This document shows positions 28,694 to 38,039 of a DNA stretch of 64,000 nt, in pieces (position 1 is the first letter of the stretch; each line of letters opens with the position of its first letter). Position numbers and translations under genes: made by a program. The DNA comes from an uncultured Gammaproteobacteria bacterium (lineage in GTDB: Bacteria; Patescibacteriota; Patescibacteriia; JACPL01; CAZRYK01). The stretch covers positions 267-64,266 of the forward strand of contig CAZRYK010000002.1 in assembly GCA_964604315.1 (NCBI GenBank), written 5' to 3'. The notes beneath the pieces are model-generated. The model worked only from the letters and a program-made list of their open reading frames with translations. It was not told the DNA's origin and made no database searches.

Positions 28694-30265
28694 ATGGCCA
28701 ATATTGAAGTGCAAAAAATTTACAAATCGTTTGATAATAGAAGGGTGTTAGACAACATCTCTTTTGATGTTAAAGAAGGCGAAATTATTTCCATACTTGG
28801 TCCGTCTGGTTGCGGAAAAACAACATTGCTAAAATGCATTTTAGGTCTAGAGTCTCCCGATAACGGCAGTATTTTTATAGATTCAGAAGAACAACTCGAA
28901 TGGTTAAATAATAAGCGCATTGCTTATGTCCCCCAAAAATACGCTAACTTCAATCATTTAACCATTGAGCAAAATATTTTAACGGCGTTGCACAATTCAA
29001 CACAAAATAAAAATCAAAAAATAGATCATATTTTAAAAAGTGTCGGGTTGGATAAGCATAAAAAAATGTATCCCGGCTGGCTTTCTGGTGGAATGCAACA
29101 GAGATTAGCTCTTGCACGCGCTTTAGCTCAAGATACAGATATTATTGCTTTTGACGAATCGCTTAATGCGTTAGATGTTGAAACTCGCCACCAAATGCAG
29201 GAATTGATTTTGGAATTATGGGCGGAGGGTAAAAAAACAATATTATTCGTTACTCACGACATTGAGGAGGCACTATTTTTATCTAAAAGAATTGTAGTAA
29301 TGGGAACGAAACCCGGAATTGTCAGAGAAATTTTGGATATTCCTTTTGCTTATCCTCGCAAATCAACGCTTCGTTTTGATGAGGAATTTCAAAAAATCCG
29401 TCGTGCCCTGTCTTACATTGTTCGTTCAGAAACGATCAAGAGTAAACTTTCCGAAGGAGAGCCAATAGAAAGTTCAGCGTTTAAGATTGGGCTTTATTAC
29501 TGGCCTGGCAATAGTCCATTTTTTTATGCTCAAGACAAAGGATTATTTGACAAATACTCGCTTCCAGTTGAGCTGATTTCTTTTAATGATAACCGTCAAA
29601 AAATTGATTATTGGAAATCAGATAAAATAGATATTTTGAATGTTACCGTGGATACGGCGCTTCGCCTGAAAAAAGAAATGCCGGATGTAGAAATTATCGC
29701 CGGACTTAATATTTCGCATGGCGGCGATGCTTTAATAAGCCGTGAAAACATTGAGCCCTTTAAAAAAATAAAGGGAAAAAAAATTGCGTTAGAAAAAGGA
29801 GAAATTAGTGAATTCTTTTTGAAATATATTTTGTATAAAAACGGATTAAAATTTGACGATGTTATCATTAAAGATATGAAAGGCGATGAAATTGGCACTG
29901 CGCTCATTAACGGAAGTGTTGACGCCGCTGTGCTGTGGGAACCGTGGCTTTCAAAAGCGATTGAACTATCACGAGCGAATGTCGTTGCCACCAGTAAAGA
30001 TTATTCCGTATTCGCCGATGTTTTAATTGCTAAAAAAAGTTTTGTAAAAAAATATACAGAAGAGATAAAAAAGCTAAAAAATATCTGGAAAGAATCTATT
30101 GAATTTTATTTAAAAAATGGCAAAGATTTTATTCGTTCGATAGCTCCAATTGTAGGATTAAGTAGCCAAGAGCTTACACAACAATTGGAAAAGATTGAAT
30201 TTTTTGACGGGTCGACTGATGAGATAATCAAGATAGGTAGAGAAATAAAAGATGTAATAGAATAA
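28694..30265 (+). CDS. ABC ATPase fused to a C-terminal NMT1-like binding domain
   Basis: GPSGCGKT, LSGGMQQR, THDIEEA, then YWPGNSPFFYAQDKG...SHGGD...WEPW. Confidence 0.88.
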   Translation: MANIEVQKIYKSFDNRRVLDNISFDVKEGEIISILGPSGCGKTTLLKCILGLESPDNGSIFIDSEEQLEWLNNKRIAYVPQKYANFNHLTIEQNILTALHNSTQNKNQKIDHILKSVGLDKHKKMYPGWLSGGMQQRLALARALAQDTDIIAFDESLNALDVETRHQMQELILELWAEGKKTILFVTHDIEEALFLSKRIVVMGTKPGIVREILDIPFAYPRKSTLRFDEEFQKIRRALSYIVRSETIKSKLSEGEPIESSAFKIGLYYWPGNSPFFYAQDKGLFDKYSLPVELISFNDNRQKIDYWKSDKIDILNVTVDTALRLKKEMPDVEIIAGLNISHGGDALISRENIEPFKKIKGKKIALEKGEISEFFLKYILYKNGLKFDDVIIKDMKGDEIGTALINGSVDAAVLWEPWLSKAIELSRANVVATSKDYSVFADVLIAKKSFVKKYTEEIKKLKNIWKESIEFYLKNGKDFIRSIAPIVGLSSQELTQQLEKIEFFDGSTDEIIKIGREIKDVIE

Positions 30266-30408
30266 AAATCTAAAAAGGTGGAGCGCCAGTTTTATTGGCA
30301 CGAAATTTGGCGGCAAAGGGTGCGCGAGCGGAATTGTGTAATTCCACGATGGTAACATGGAGGGAACCCCTACCGCCGTGACATTTTAAGAATATTGAAA
30401 TTAGATTA

Positions 30409-31143
30409 CTACGGCAAAGGCTTGGCTGATTTCCATGCCGCGTCAAAAAGCGCGCGCATTGTTCCGGTGATTGTGGCGTCTTCAATACGCACAACAAAAA
30501 GATTCCATTCATGAACACGGAAGAGGGCGACAACATTGCCATAGACGGCGTTGTCATTGAGAATATCGCCATTCAAGATTCGAGCTTCGTACGTTCGCCC
30601 AGCGGACAACGCAAAACGCTTGACACTGCGCTTCACGTCTGGGCGATTCGGCACTAACTCTACCGTACGAACCTGATTATGGCGAATCGCCTCTGCCATA
30701 CTCTGAATTTCTTTGGGGAAGATTTTTTCAATATCCGAGAGAGCAGACCAAAAACGCACCGCCGATGCCCGTTCGATTTCTTTATAAATCTGGCGCAAAC
30801 CCCCGCGGCCTTCAAAAACCGTAATGGATGGTTTTCCGGCTGTTTGATCGCGCAACCGAGACATTTCTTTTAGGGATTCTTGAAAGTCTGTGAGCTGGTC
30901 GCGCAACTTTTGCTCAATGCGGGTGGGGTCGCAAGCTTGATAATAGGTTCTTTTGCCAATAGGGACTTTTTCCAGCAGACCACAGGAAAGGAGCTCGTCG
31001 ATATGTTCATACACCGAGGATCGTTTTATGCCGCTTGCCGAGGCAATTTTTTGTATAGAGGCGATTCCTAGGGGGAGAGTTGCAAGATAAAGAGAGGCCG
31101 CGCGTTTACTCACCCCCAAGGATTGGATTATTTCATTGTGCAT
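30409..31143 (-). CDS. TrmB-family transcriptional regulator
   Basis: LGVS...YLA, IKRSSVY, KPSITVFEG. Confidence 0.88.
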   Translation of the reverse strand: MHNEIIQSLGVSKRAASLYLATLPLGIASIQKIASASGIKRSSVYEHIDELLSCGLLEKVPIGKRTYYQACDPTRIEQKLRDQLTDFQESLKEMSRLRDQTAGKPSITVFEGRGGLRQIYKEIERASAVRFWSALSDIEKIFPKEIQSMAEAIRHNQVRTVELVPNRPDVKRSVKRFALSAGRTYEARILNGDILNDNAVYGNVVALFRVHEWNLFVVRIEDATITGTMRALFDAAWKSAKPLP

Positions 31144-31317
31144 AATCTGTCGGAGAATTCGACACTTTTAAGATTATTATACTCAAGAAGTCTAATAAAA
31201 TCAATAGTCTATTTAAAATGATCAAAACAAGATAGATATTTTCTCGGCAATATCATACGATAACGCGTCTTTTCGTTGTGAAAGTCACAGCGAAAAAGGC
31301 GCTGATACGGAGGTAGT

Positions 31318-31533
31318 ATGAGGTATGTATTTCTGGCCATCCGAACCAAGGGCGGGCAGTGTTACCCGTACTTTCGGGTACTGGAGGAAGTCGAAGCGGT
31401 GAAAGATGAAGTTCTTTTTCGATTCGACTTCGACGTCGAATGTTCAGAAGATTATGAGCGCGCAATAGTAAGAGCGCGCACAGAAGCCGAGAGGCGGGGA
31501 ATCCGCCTCGAGGGTATCGACAACCTCCCTTAG
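31318..31533 (+). CDS. Small hypothetical protein (71 aa)
   Basis: GGAGGT RBS, flanking hairpins, divergent from TrmB. Confidence 0.6.
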   Translation: MRYVFLAIRTKGGQCYPYFRVLEEVEAVKDEVLFRFDFDVECSEDYERAIVRARTEAERRGIRLEGIDNLP

Positions 31534-31622
31534 GCCTTGGGCTTCCCGCTCTGTCGGTAAAACGCAGATGCGCGGAAGCCCTTTGCGGCGGATCACAAGA
31601 TGGTCCGCCGCGTTGGAATTTA

Positions 31623-31779
31623 GGGCTTGTCCATAAATAACGTTTTCAAGTTCGCTCATATTTGTGCCAGATTTGTCAGAATAAAATCTGAAGAATAGCG
31701 AGCTATTGTGAAGATTTTTTCTGATCAAAGATGGCATAAAGATGAGATGAAATTGGGAAGGTTATTTATGGACAAGGCC
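31623..31779. mobile_element. MITE-like element
   Basis: TIR GGGCTTGTCCATAAATAAC / GTTATTTATGGACAAGGCC, flanked by TTA on both sides. Confidence 0.8.
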
Positions 31780-31922
31780 TTAGCGCGCGAACATCTTTTA
31801 ATGGGGAAAATATCGCTTTCTTTTATTTGACGGTAAGCCCGTTTTTTGCTAACCTAAAAAGGCTTTGCGTTGAGGAGGAAACAAAAAGAAGAGAAAAGAA
31901 AGATCACTAAAAGAACATCACG

Positions 31923-33089
31923 ATGCGATTTCTTTCTTCGGGGCAAGCAAAGAGATCATGGCAGCGCGTAGTCGCCAGCGCTGTTTGTGTTTCTTTTGCA
32001 TTTGGTTTTGCCACCCCGGTGTCGTTTGCAGACACAACAATGGTTGTGCCGACACCAACCCTCAATGCCCCAGCACAGGGTACGGTGGTGCCTGACGGTA
32101 GTCCGGTGATTACCGGTTGGGTCACAAGTGGATTATTGGTCGAGATCCATATTGACGGTAGCTTCAATGGATGGGCAACCGTCCAAGAGAGTGATTCGGT
32201 AACGGACAGTTTTTATTACACGCCGTTTTTACCGTTAACTCCTGGTGGGCATTCCTACCACGCACGGGCAAAGGATCCGGAAACGGGTGAGCGCAGCATG
32301 CCGACGCAAGAAATCGCATTTCTTGTGGCGGAAAAATTGCCAGCGCCAACCGTTCTGACGCCTGTTGTACGTGCCTCACAATCGCTTCAGCCTCTTGTTG
32401 TAGGGTTAACCTACGGCAATACGACGGTAGAAGTGTTTGTTGATGGAATGTCCCAAGGAAAAGTGACGGTACAAGGCGACCCTGTAAAAGTGGATGATTT
32501 TGCCCTGCAAACCGCGGCGCTTTCCGAAGGCACGCACATGGTTTATGCAGTGGCCACAGACTCTCTTGGTCGAACAAGCATGCATTCGGACGATGTAGAC
32601 TTTACGGTTTCCAAGCCGAAAGTGAGCACAGCAAACACGACGACGTCCGAAGGCGCGCAAAAACCATCGGAAACAGCAAACGAATCTTCGCAAGATGAAA
32701 CCACGGAAAGCGCAAACGACGATGCAGTGGTGTTAGGCGAAGAAGATGATACAGCAGACGATTCCGATGATGTTGCGCCAACCGACGAAGATGACAACGC
32801 CACAGAAGATACGGATGAAGAAACCAATACCAATGAAGAAGCCACAACAACCGACGACGCGGACGATGACAACAATGATCGTTCCGCGCTCGTGACGTGG
32901 ATTGTGGTGATTGCGGTATTGGTGATTATCTTGGCGTTACGCCTGCGCGGAAATTCCGGCGGGAAAACAGGAACAGATGGTACAGCACGCTCCGTGTTTA
33001 CCGGCGACCATTCTTCGAATCCGACAACGGAAACGAAGGATGATGTTCCCCCACCCCCACCTCCGCCACCGTCAAGTTCTTCGTATTAG
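31923..33089 (+). CDS. Surface protein: Ig-like domains, acidic linker, C-terminal TM helix, poly-Pro tail
   Basis: Signal peptide, two beta domains, D/E/T-rich stalk, WIVVIAVLVIILAL, PPPPPPPPSSSSY. Confidence 0.8.
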   Translation: MRFLSSGQAKRSWQRVVASAVCVSFAFGFATPVSFADTTMVVPTPTLNAPAQGTVVPDGSPVITGWVTSGLLVEIHIDGSFNGWATVQESDSVTDSFYYTPFLPLTPGGHSYHARAKDPETGERSMPTQEIAFLVAEKLPAPTVLTPVVRASQSLQPLVVGLTYGNTTVEVFVDGMSQGKVTVQGDPVKVDDFALQTAALSEGTHMVYAVATDSLGRTSMHSDDVDFTVSKPKVSTANTTTSEGAQKPSETANESSQDETTESANDDAVVLGEEDDTADDSDDVAPTDEDDNATEDTDEETNTNEEATTTDDADDDNNDRSALVTWIVVIAVLVIILALRLRGNSGGKTGTDGTARSVFTGDHSSNPTTETKDDVPPPPPPPPSSSSY

Positions 33090-33101
33090 TTCCGACTTTC
33101 A

Positions 33102-33132
33102 AAACATCCCTGGGCGTCCCCCGGGGATGTTT
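33102..33132 (+). terminator. Putative intrinsic terminator
   Basis: AAACATCCCTGGG/CCCGGGGATGTTT hairpin followed by T-rich sequence. Confidence 0.55.
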
Positions 33133-33183
33133 GTTGTTACGGGTTCCGAACCTGTACAAGTTCGAAACCTGTAAATGGAAAAC

Positions 33184-33247
33184 TTGACAGGCGGCGGCGG
33201 GTTTTCTATACTAGACACAAGTATCCTTCATAGGATGCTCTTTTTTT
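33184..33247 (+). promoter_or_regulatory. nusA promoter and leader attenuator
   Basis: TTGACA-N17-TATACT, then AGTATCCT-TCAT-AGGATGCT-C-T7. Confidence 0.7.
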
Positions 33248-33264
33248 CACTCTAAAAAAACATT

Positions 33265-34611
33265 ATGTCAACCGATATCCAAAAAGCCATTCAACAAATT
33301 GCGGAAGAAAAAAATCTTTCTGTCGAGTCGATTATCGAAACCATCGAAGCGGCGTTGGCTGTTGCCTACCGCAAAGATTTTGGCGAAAAAAACCAAAACA
33401 TTGTGGTCGAGTTTGAACCTGCAACAGGGCAGTCTCAAGTGTTCGATGAAAAAACCGTGACCGACAAAATTCCCGAACCTGAAGAAGAGATAAAGGAAGG
33501 CGAAGAGCCCAAAGAGATGATGAGACCTTTTGAGAAAAAAGACGAGCGCGGTGAAATAGTGGAGCTCTCGGAAGAAGAGCGTCCTTTTGATCCCCGTCGG
33601 GAAGTCACCGTAGAGGATGCCAAAAAGTTGAAAGCCGATGCTGTGGTAGGCGATGTGATTCGCACCGAATTAGAAGTGCCGGCGGCGTATGGTCGCATGG
33701 CGGCACAAACCGCCAAACAAGTGATTATTCAAAAATTGCGCGAGGCAGAACGCCAAATGGTCTACGAGGAATTTAAAGATAAGCAAGGAACCTTAATTAC
33801 CGGAAACGTGCAACGCCAAGAAGGCCGTTTGGTGATTGTGGACTTAGGTCGTGCAACAGGTTTAGTGCCACCTAAAGAAACCATTTATGGCGAACGCTTA
33901 AGCCCGGGTCAACGGTTAAAGTTTTATATTGTGGCCGTGAATCAAACGCCCAAAGGCCCAGAGATTTTATTGTCGCGCTCGCATCCGGACATGGTTAAAG
34001 TTTTGTTCACGATGGAAGTGCCAGAGGTTGAATCCGGCACCGTGGAAATTAAAGCAGTGGCGCGTGAAGCGGGAATACGCTCCAAGATTGCGGTGGTGAG
34101 CCACGATTCCAGCATTGACCCGGTGGGAAGTTGCGTGGGCCAACGGGGTACGCGCGTGCAAACTGTGATTTCGGAATTGGGCGGAGAAAAAATCGACATC
34201 ATCGAGCATAACGACGACCCGGTGAAGTTTATTGTAAACGCCCTGTCCCCTGCCAAAGTCCTGTCCGTAAAGTTGTACCCCGAAGAAAAACGCGCCGAGG
34301 CCGAAGTGAAAGAAGATCAGTTATCGTTGGCGATTGGTAAAAGCGGACAGAATGTGCGGCTTTCGGCAAAACTCACGGGGTGGAAGATTGACATCTTAAA
34401 AGAAGATGGTACGTCGGCCGCCGCGCCTAAAGAAGAGAAAGAAACCGAAGCGTCGGTTGATGAAAAAATTGAACAGCCTGAAGAAAAAACTGCCGAAAGT
34501 GAAACCGCGGTAGAAGCAGTAGAAACGGTTGCAGAAAAACCCGAAGAAAAGGCCGAAGAAAAGTCTGCGGAACAATCCGACGACAAACAACCTTCAAACG
34601 ATCAACAATAA
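33265..34611 (+). CDS. nusA: Transcription factor NusA
   Basis: GRMAAQTAKQVI, AREAG.RSKIAV, GEKIDI, LAIGKSGQNVRL. Confidence 0.97.
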   Translation: MSTDIQKAIQQIAEEKNLSVESIIETIEAALAVAYRKDFGEKNQNIVVEFEPATGQSQVFDEKTVTDKIPEPEEEIKEGEEPKEMMRPFEKKDERGEIVELSEEERPFDPRREVTVEDAKKLKADAVVGDVIRTELEVPAAYGRMAAQTAKQVIIQKLREAERQMVYEEFKDKQGTLITGNVQRQEGRLVIVDLGRATGLVPPKETIYGERLSPGQRLKFYIVAVNQTPKGPEILLSRSHPDMVKVLFTMEVPEVESGTVEIKAVAREAGIRSKIAVVSHDSSIDPVGSCVGQRGTRVQTVISELGGEKIDIIEHNDDPVKFIVNALSPAKVLSVKLYPEEKRAEAEVKEDQLSLAIGKSGQNVRLSAKLTGWKIDILKEDGTSAAAPKEEKETEASVDEKIEQPEEKTAESETAVEAVETVAEKPEEKAEEKSAEQSDDKQPSNDQQ

Positions 34612-34632
34612 ATTCATCCTTAATTTGTTTTT

Positions 34633-36627
34633 ATGGATACCTTCTTAAGCTTTGCCATCATCGCGGGCGTCATTGCGCTTGTGTATGGTGTTATTTTGAT
34701 TCGCATGGTCTTAACGCTTCCGGAAGGCGATGAGAAAATGCGAAAAATTGCATCGGCGATTCAAATGGGCGCGAAAGCGTATTTGAACCGTCAAACGCGA
34801 ACCGTGGCCGTGGTTGCGGTGATTTTATTTTTACTCATTTGGTGGCAATTGAATATTCAAACAGCCGGTGGATTTTTGGTTGGCGCGGTGCTTTCTGCTG
34901 TCGCCGGTTACATTGGTATGTTAACGTCGGTGCGCGCCAATGTGCGGACCGCGGAGGCTGCTAAAGGCGGTTTAGAAAAAGCGTTGAAAGTTGCAGTGCG
35001 CGGCGGTACGGTAACAGGTTTATTGGTGGTGGGTTTGGCGTTAATTGGTGTTTCCGGCTACTATGCCATCACCAAAGACATTACCGCTCTTATTGGTTTG
35101 GGTTTTGGCGGCAGTTTAATTTCCATTTTTGCTCGCTTGGGTGGCGGGATTTATACCAAGGCCGCAGATGTGGGCGCGGATCTTGTGGGGAAGGTGGAAG
35201 CCGGAATCCCTGAAGATGACCCGCGCAACCCCGCAGTGATTGCCGATAATGTTGGTGACAATGTTGGTGATTGCGCAGGAATGGCCGCGGATCTTTTTGA
35301 GACCTACGCGGTGTCGGCTGTTGCCGCCATGTTATTTGGTTCGCTGATTTTTCCGGATTTTGACAAAGCCGTTTTGTTCCCATTGGTTTTGGGTGGCGTT
35401 GCGATTTTTGCCAGCATCATTGGAACGTGGTTCATTCGCTTGGGTAAATCCCAAAACATTATGGGCGCGCTGTATAAGGGGTTGGCGGTTGCCGGAATTT
35501 TATCGGCCGTTGCATTCTACCCCGTAACCAATAGCGTCATGGCTGACAACGGTTTGTACAGCACCAATGAACTTTTTGGTTCGGCGTTAGTCGGCTTGGT
35601 GGTGACAGCGTTATTGATCATGATTACCGAATATTACACCGCAACAAAATATAAACCCGTGCAGGCGATTGCCAAAGCCTCGGAAACAGGCCACGGCACC
35701 AACGTGATTGCGGGTTTAGGCGTGTCCATGAAAGCCACCGCCTTGCCCGTGTTGGTGATCGCGGCCGGCATTTTAGCAACCTACCAGTTGGCAGATATTT
35801 ATGGTGTAGCGATTGCGGTCATGTCCATGCTTTCCATGGCAGGGATTGTGGTCACCATCGATGCCTATGGCCCAATCACCGACAACGCCGGTGGAATTGC
35901 CGAAATGGCTGGGCTACCCGAAAGCGTACGGAATGTTACTGATCCGTTGGACGCTGTGGGCAATACCACGAAAGCCGTGACCAAGGGGTATGCCATTGGT
36001 TCCGCAGGGTTAGCCGCCGTGGTATTATTTGCAAGTTACTTAGAAGAATTTTCTGCACGCGGGCAAGATTTGATTTTCGAACTTTCGGACCCGCTAGTTT
36101 TAGTGGGGTTGTTAATTGGTGGCCTGCTTCCGTATTTGTTTGGTGCTATGGCCATGGAAGCGGTGGGGCAAACCGCCGGAGCTGTGGTGAAAGAAGTGCG
36201 CCGACAGTTTTCCGAAAACAAAGGCATTATGGATGGAACCTCGGAACCGGATTATGGACGCACCGTGGATTTGGTTACCAAAGCCGCGATTATGAAAATG
36301 ATTGTTCCGGCGTTGTTACCCGTGGTGATTCCTATTTTGGTGGGCTGGATCCTCGGGCCCGTAGCCTTAGGCGGTTTATTGATTGGTTCCATTGTGACCG
36401 GATTGTTTGTAGCCATTTCTATGACAACGGGTGGCGGCGCATGGGATAATGCCAAAAAATATATTGAAGCCGGGCACCACGGCGGCAAAGGTTCTTTGGC
36501 ACACGCCGCGGCCGTCACAGGCGACACAGTTGGTGACCCCTACAAAGACACCGCCGGCCCTGCCATTAACCCGATGATTAAGATTATCAACATTGTCGCC
36601 TTACTTCTGGTGACCCTGTTGATTTAA
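34633..36627 (+). CDS. hppA: Membrane-bound pyrophosphatase (probably K+-independent H+-PPase)
   Basis: [26 protein letters not shown] (Lys variant), [10 protein letters not shown]. Confidence 0.95.
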   Translation: MDTFLSFAIIAGVIALVYGVILIRMVLTLPEGDEKMRKIASAIQMGAKAYLNRQTRTVAVVAVILFLLIWWQLNIQTAGGFLVGAVLSAVAGYIGMLTSVRANVRTAEAAKGGLEKALKVAVRGGTVTGLLVVGLALIGVSGYYAITKDITALIGLGFGGSLISIFARLGGGIYTKAADVGADLVGKVEAGIPEDDPRNPAVIADNVGDNVGDCAGMAADLFETYAVSAVAAMLFGSLIFPDFDKAVLFPLVLGGVAIFASIIGTWFIRLGKSQNIMGALYKGLAVAGILSAVAFYPVTNSVMADNGLYSTNELFGSALVGLVVTALLIMITEYYTATKYKPVQAIAKASETGHGTNVIAGLGVSMKATALPVLVIAAGILATYQLADIYGVAIAVMSMLSMAGIVVTIDAYGPITDNAGGIAEMAGLPESVRNVTDPLDAVGNTTKAVTKGYAIGSAGLAAVVLFASYLEEFSARGQDLIFELSDPLVLVGLLIGGLLPYLFGAMAMEAVGQTAGAVVKEVRRQFSENKGIMDGTSEPDYGRTVDLVTKAAIMKMIVPALLPVVIPILVGWILGPVALGGLLIGSIVTGLFVAISMTTGGGAWDNAKKYIEAGHHGGKGSLAHAAAVTGDTVGDPYKDTAGPAINPMIKIINIVALLLVTLLI

Positions 36628-36634
36628 TTTAAAA

Positions 36635-36678
36635 GGGATCCGACCTCTAGAGATCCGACCCCTCTGGGGGTCGGATCT
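36635..36678. repeat. REP family A half-site plus palindrome at the RAYT 3' end
   Basis: GGGATCCGACCTC then AGATCCGACCCC..GGGGTCGGATCT. Confidence 0.9.
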
Positions 36679-37267
36679 TGTTTTTGGCATTTTGAAAAAA
36701 GTGAAGATAATCAGGTGGCTCATCGGCCGCAGTATAACGCGACAAAATATCAAAGATTATTTTTGTCTCTATCCATGGTTGTTGCTCGTGAATGTACGCA
36801 TGAATACTTGAATAGGGGTAGGTTAATGGATCCGCGCCAATGTCACGAGGGTTGAGATGAATGTATCGTGTTAAATGAAGAAGATATTCATCTGACGGGA
36901 CAAGAATTGCCTTATATTTCTTTCCGAAGAGCGAGCCATCATGTTGATATTTTTTCTTATAATAAATCGTGTAAGCAGAAATCAAAGATTGCATAAAATG
37001 TGGGAGTGCGCGTTCTTGAGTTTGTTGTAGGGCTATATGATAGTGATTTGGCATCAGAGAAAGACTAATAATTTTAATGAGTCCAAAAAAGTTTTTTCTG
37101 TAGAGCATGGCGTCTGGCTCTGGTTGTGTTACAGCAGATTTTAGGAGATGGTAAAACATTCGGAAATCTTCTTCGTCGCGACAGATGTCATTTTTATCGT
37201 AACCGCGATTAAAAACATGGTAATAGCCATCTTTAACAAATGATCGAATATGGTATTTACTTGGCAT
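36647..37267 (-). mobile_element. REP-associated tyrosine transposase (RAYT, Y1 HUH family)
   Basis: YHVFNRG, MPNHYH (HUH), YIHLNP (catalytic Tyr), YPYSS; REPs on both sides. Confidence 0.92.
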
Positions 37268-37333
37268 ATAAAAATAGGGCGTGTTCGTAGAACGCCCATA
37301 AAACTATATTAGCATGAAAGAATATTTGGTACA

Positions 37334-37363
37334 AGGGATCCGACCTCCAGAGGTCGGATCCCT
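37334..37363. repeat. REP family A upstream of RAYT
   Basis: AGGGATCCGACCTC-CA-GAGGTCGGATCCCT. Confidence 0.9.
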
Positions 37364-37439
37364 CTGGGATTTGTTTTTGGCCGCGGGGCGGGGGTTGGTA
37401 GGATTTCTCCACCTTCCCCCTCCCCGCGTTGCGGGCCGT

Positions 37440-37631
37440 TCATCGGGCGGCGTACTCCTGTGCGGTCCGAAGACCGCGGAGAAACCACTCGATAAACGCA
37501 CGGCTCATGTCATCGGGTCGCATCCCGCGCAACGGGAGCGACTCGCCGATCGCCGAGATCTCCTCTTCGGAGGCATCGACGTTTAGTGACACGAGCCGAC
37601 GTTGCACGGCCAAGAAATTCGACGGGTACAT
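37440..37631 (-). CDS. Small hypothetical protein (63 aa)
   Basis: GGAGA RBS; preceded by a structured leader and followed by a GC hairpin. Confidence 0.55.
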   Translation of the reverse strand: MYPSNFLAVQRRLVSLNVDASEEEISAIGESLPLRGMRPDDMSRAFIEWFLRGLRTAQEYAAR

Positions 37632-37644
37632 GTCGTTTCTCCGA

Positions 37645-37855
37645 AACGAAAAAGGCCTCTTGCTCCCGCACGCGGGAACAACAAGCCTTTTGTGAAGCTT
37701 TAATTCTCCAGTAATGCCGACTGTCGGCTCCGGAGCGCATCCCCGCGGGGGACTTCTTTTACCACCTTACCGCTTCACTATGCGGGCAGGTTGGCGGGAC
37801 GTCACTGGGCGAAGTAGCCCTACGTCCTCTCTTAATGCTGTCTTTTCGAAGATCT
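37645..37855 (-). ncRNA. Candidate structured RNA / leader with terminator
   Basis: Promoter TTGACA-N17-TAAGAT (37890-37862), four predicted hairpins, then a terminator hairpin with T tract. Confidence 0.5.
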
Positions 37856-38039
37856 AAAGACATCTTAACCAACCCCCCTTCTTTTGTCAAACATTGTTCG
37901 CCGCTGGAAGAATTGATAGAATAAAGTAGTAAATAAATATTTTGTAGCGATCGGATTGCTGTTAAGGAATGAATCGCCGGAGGATCCAATGCTTCATTCC
38001 GTACAGCAAGCCGATCGCTATCTGATACTGCTTCTACCT

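Noticed and set aside
32690-32880. GAY/GAR-rich low-complexity DNA as a repeat element
   Set aside because: It is explained by the Asp/Glu/Thr-rich linker of the encoded protein.
36647-37267. IS200/IS605 element with TnpB
   Set aside because: There is no tnpB or iscB neighbour, and the flanking palindromes are dispersed elsewhere, which fits a RAYT.
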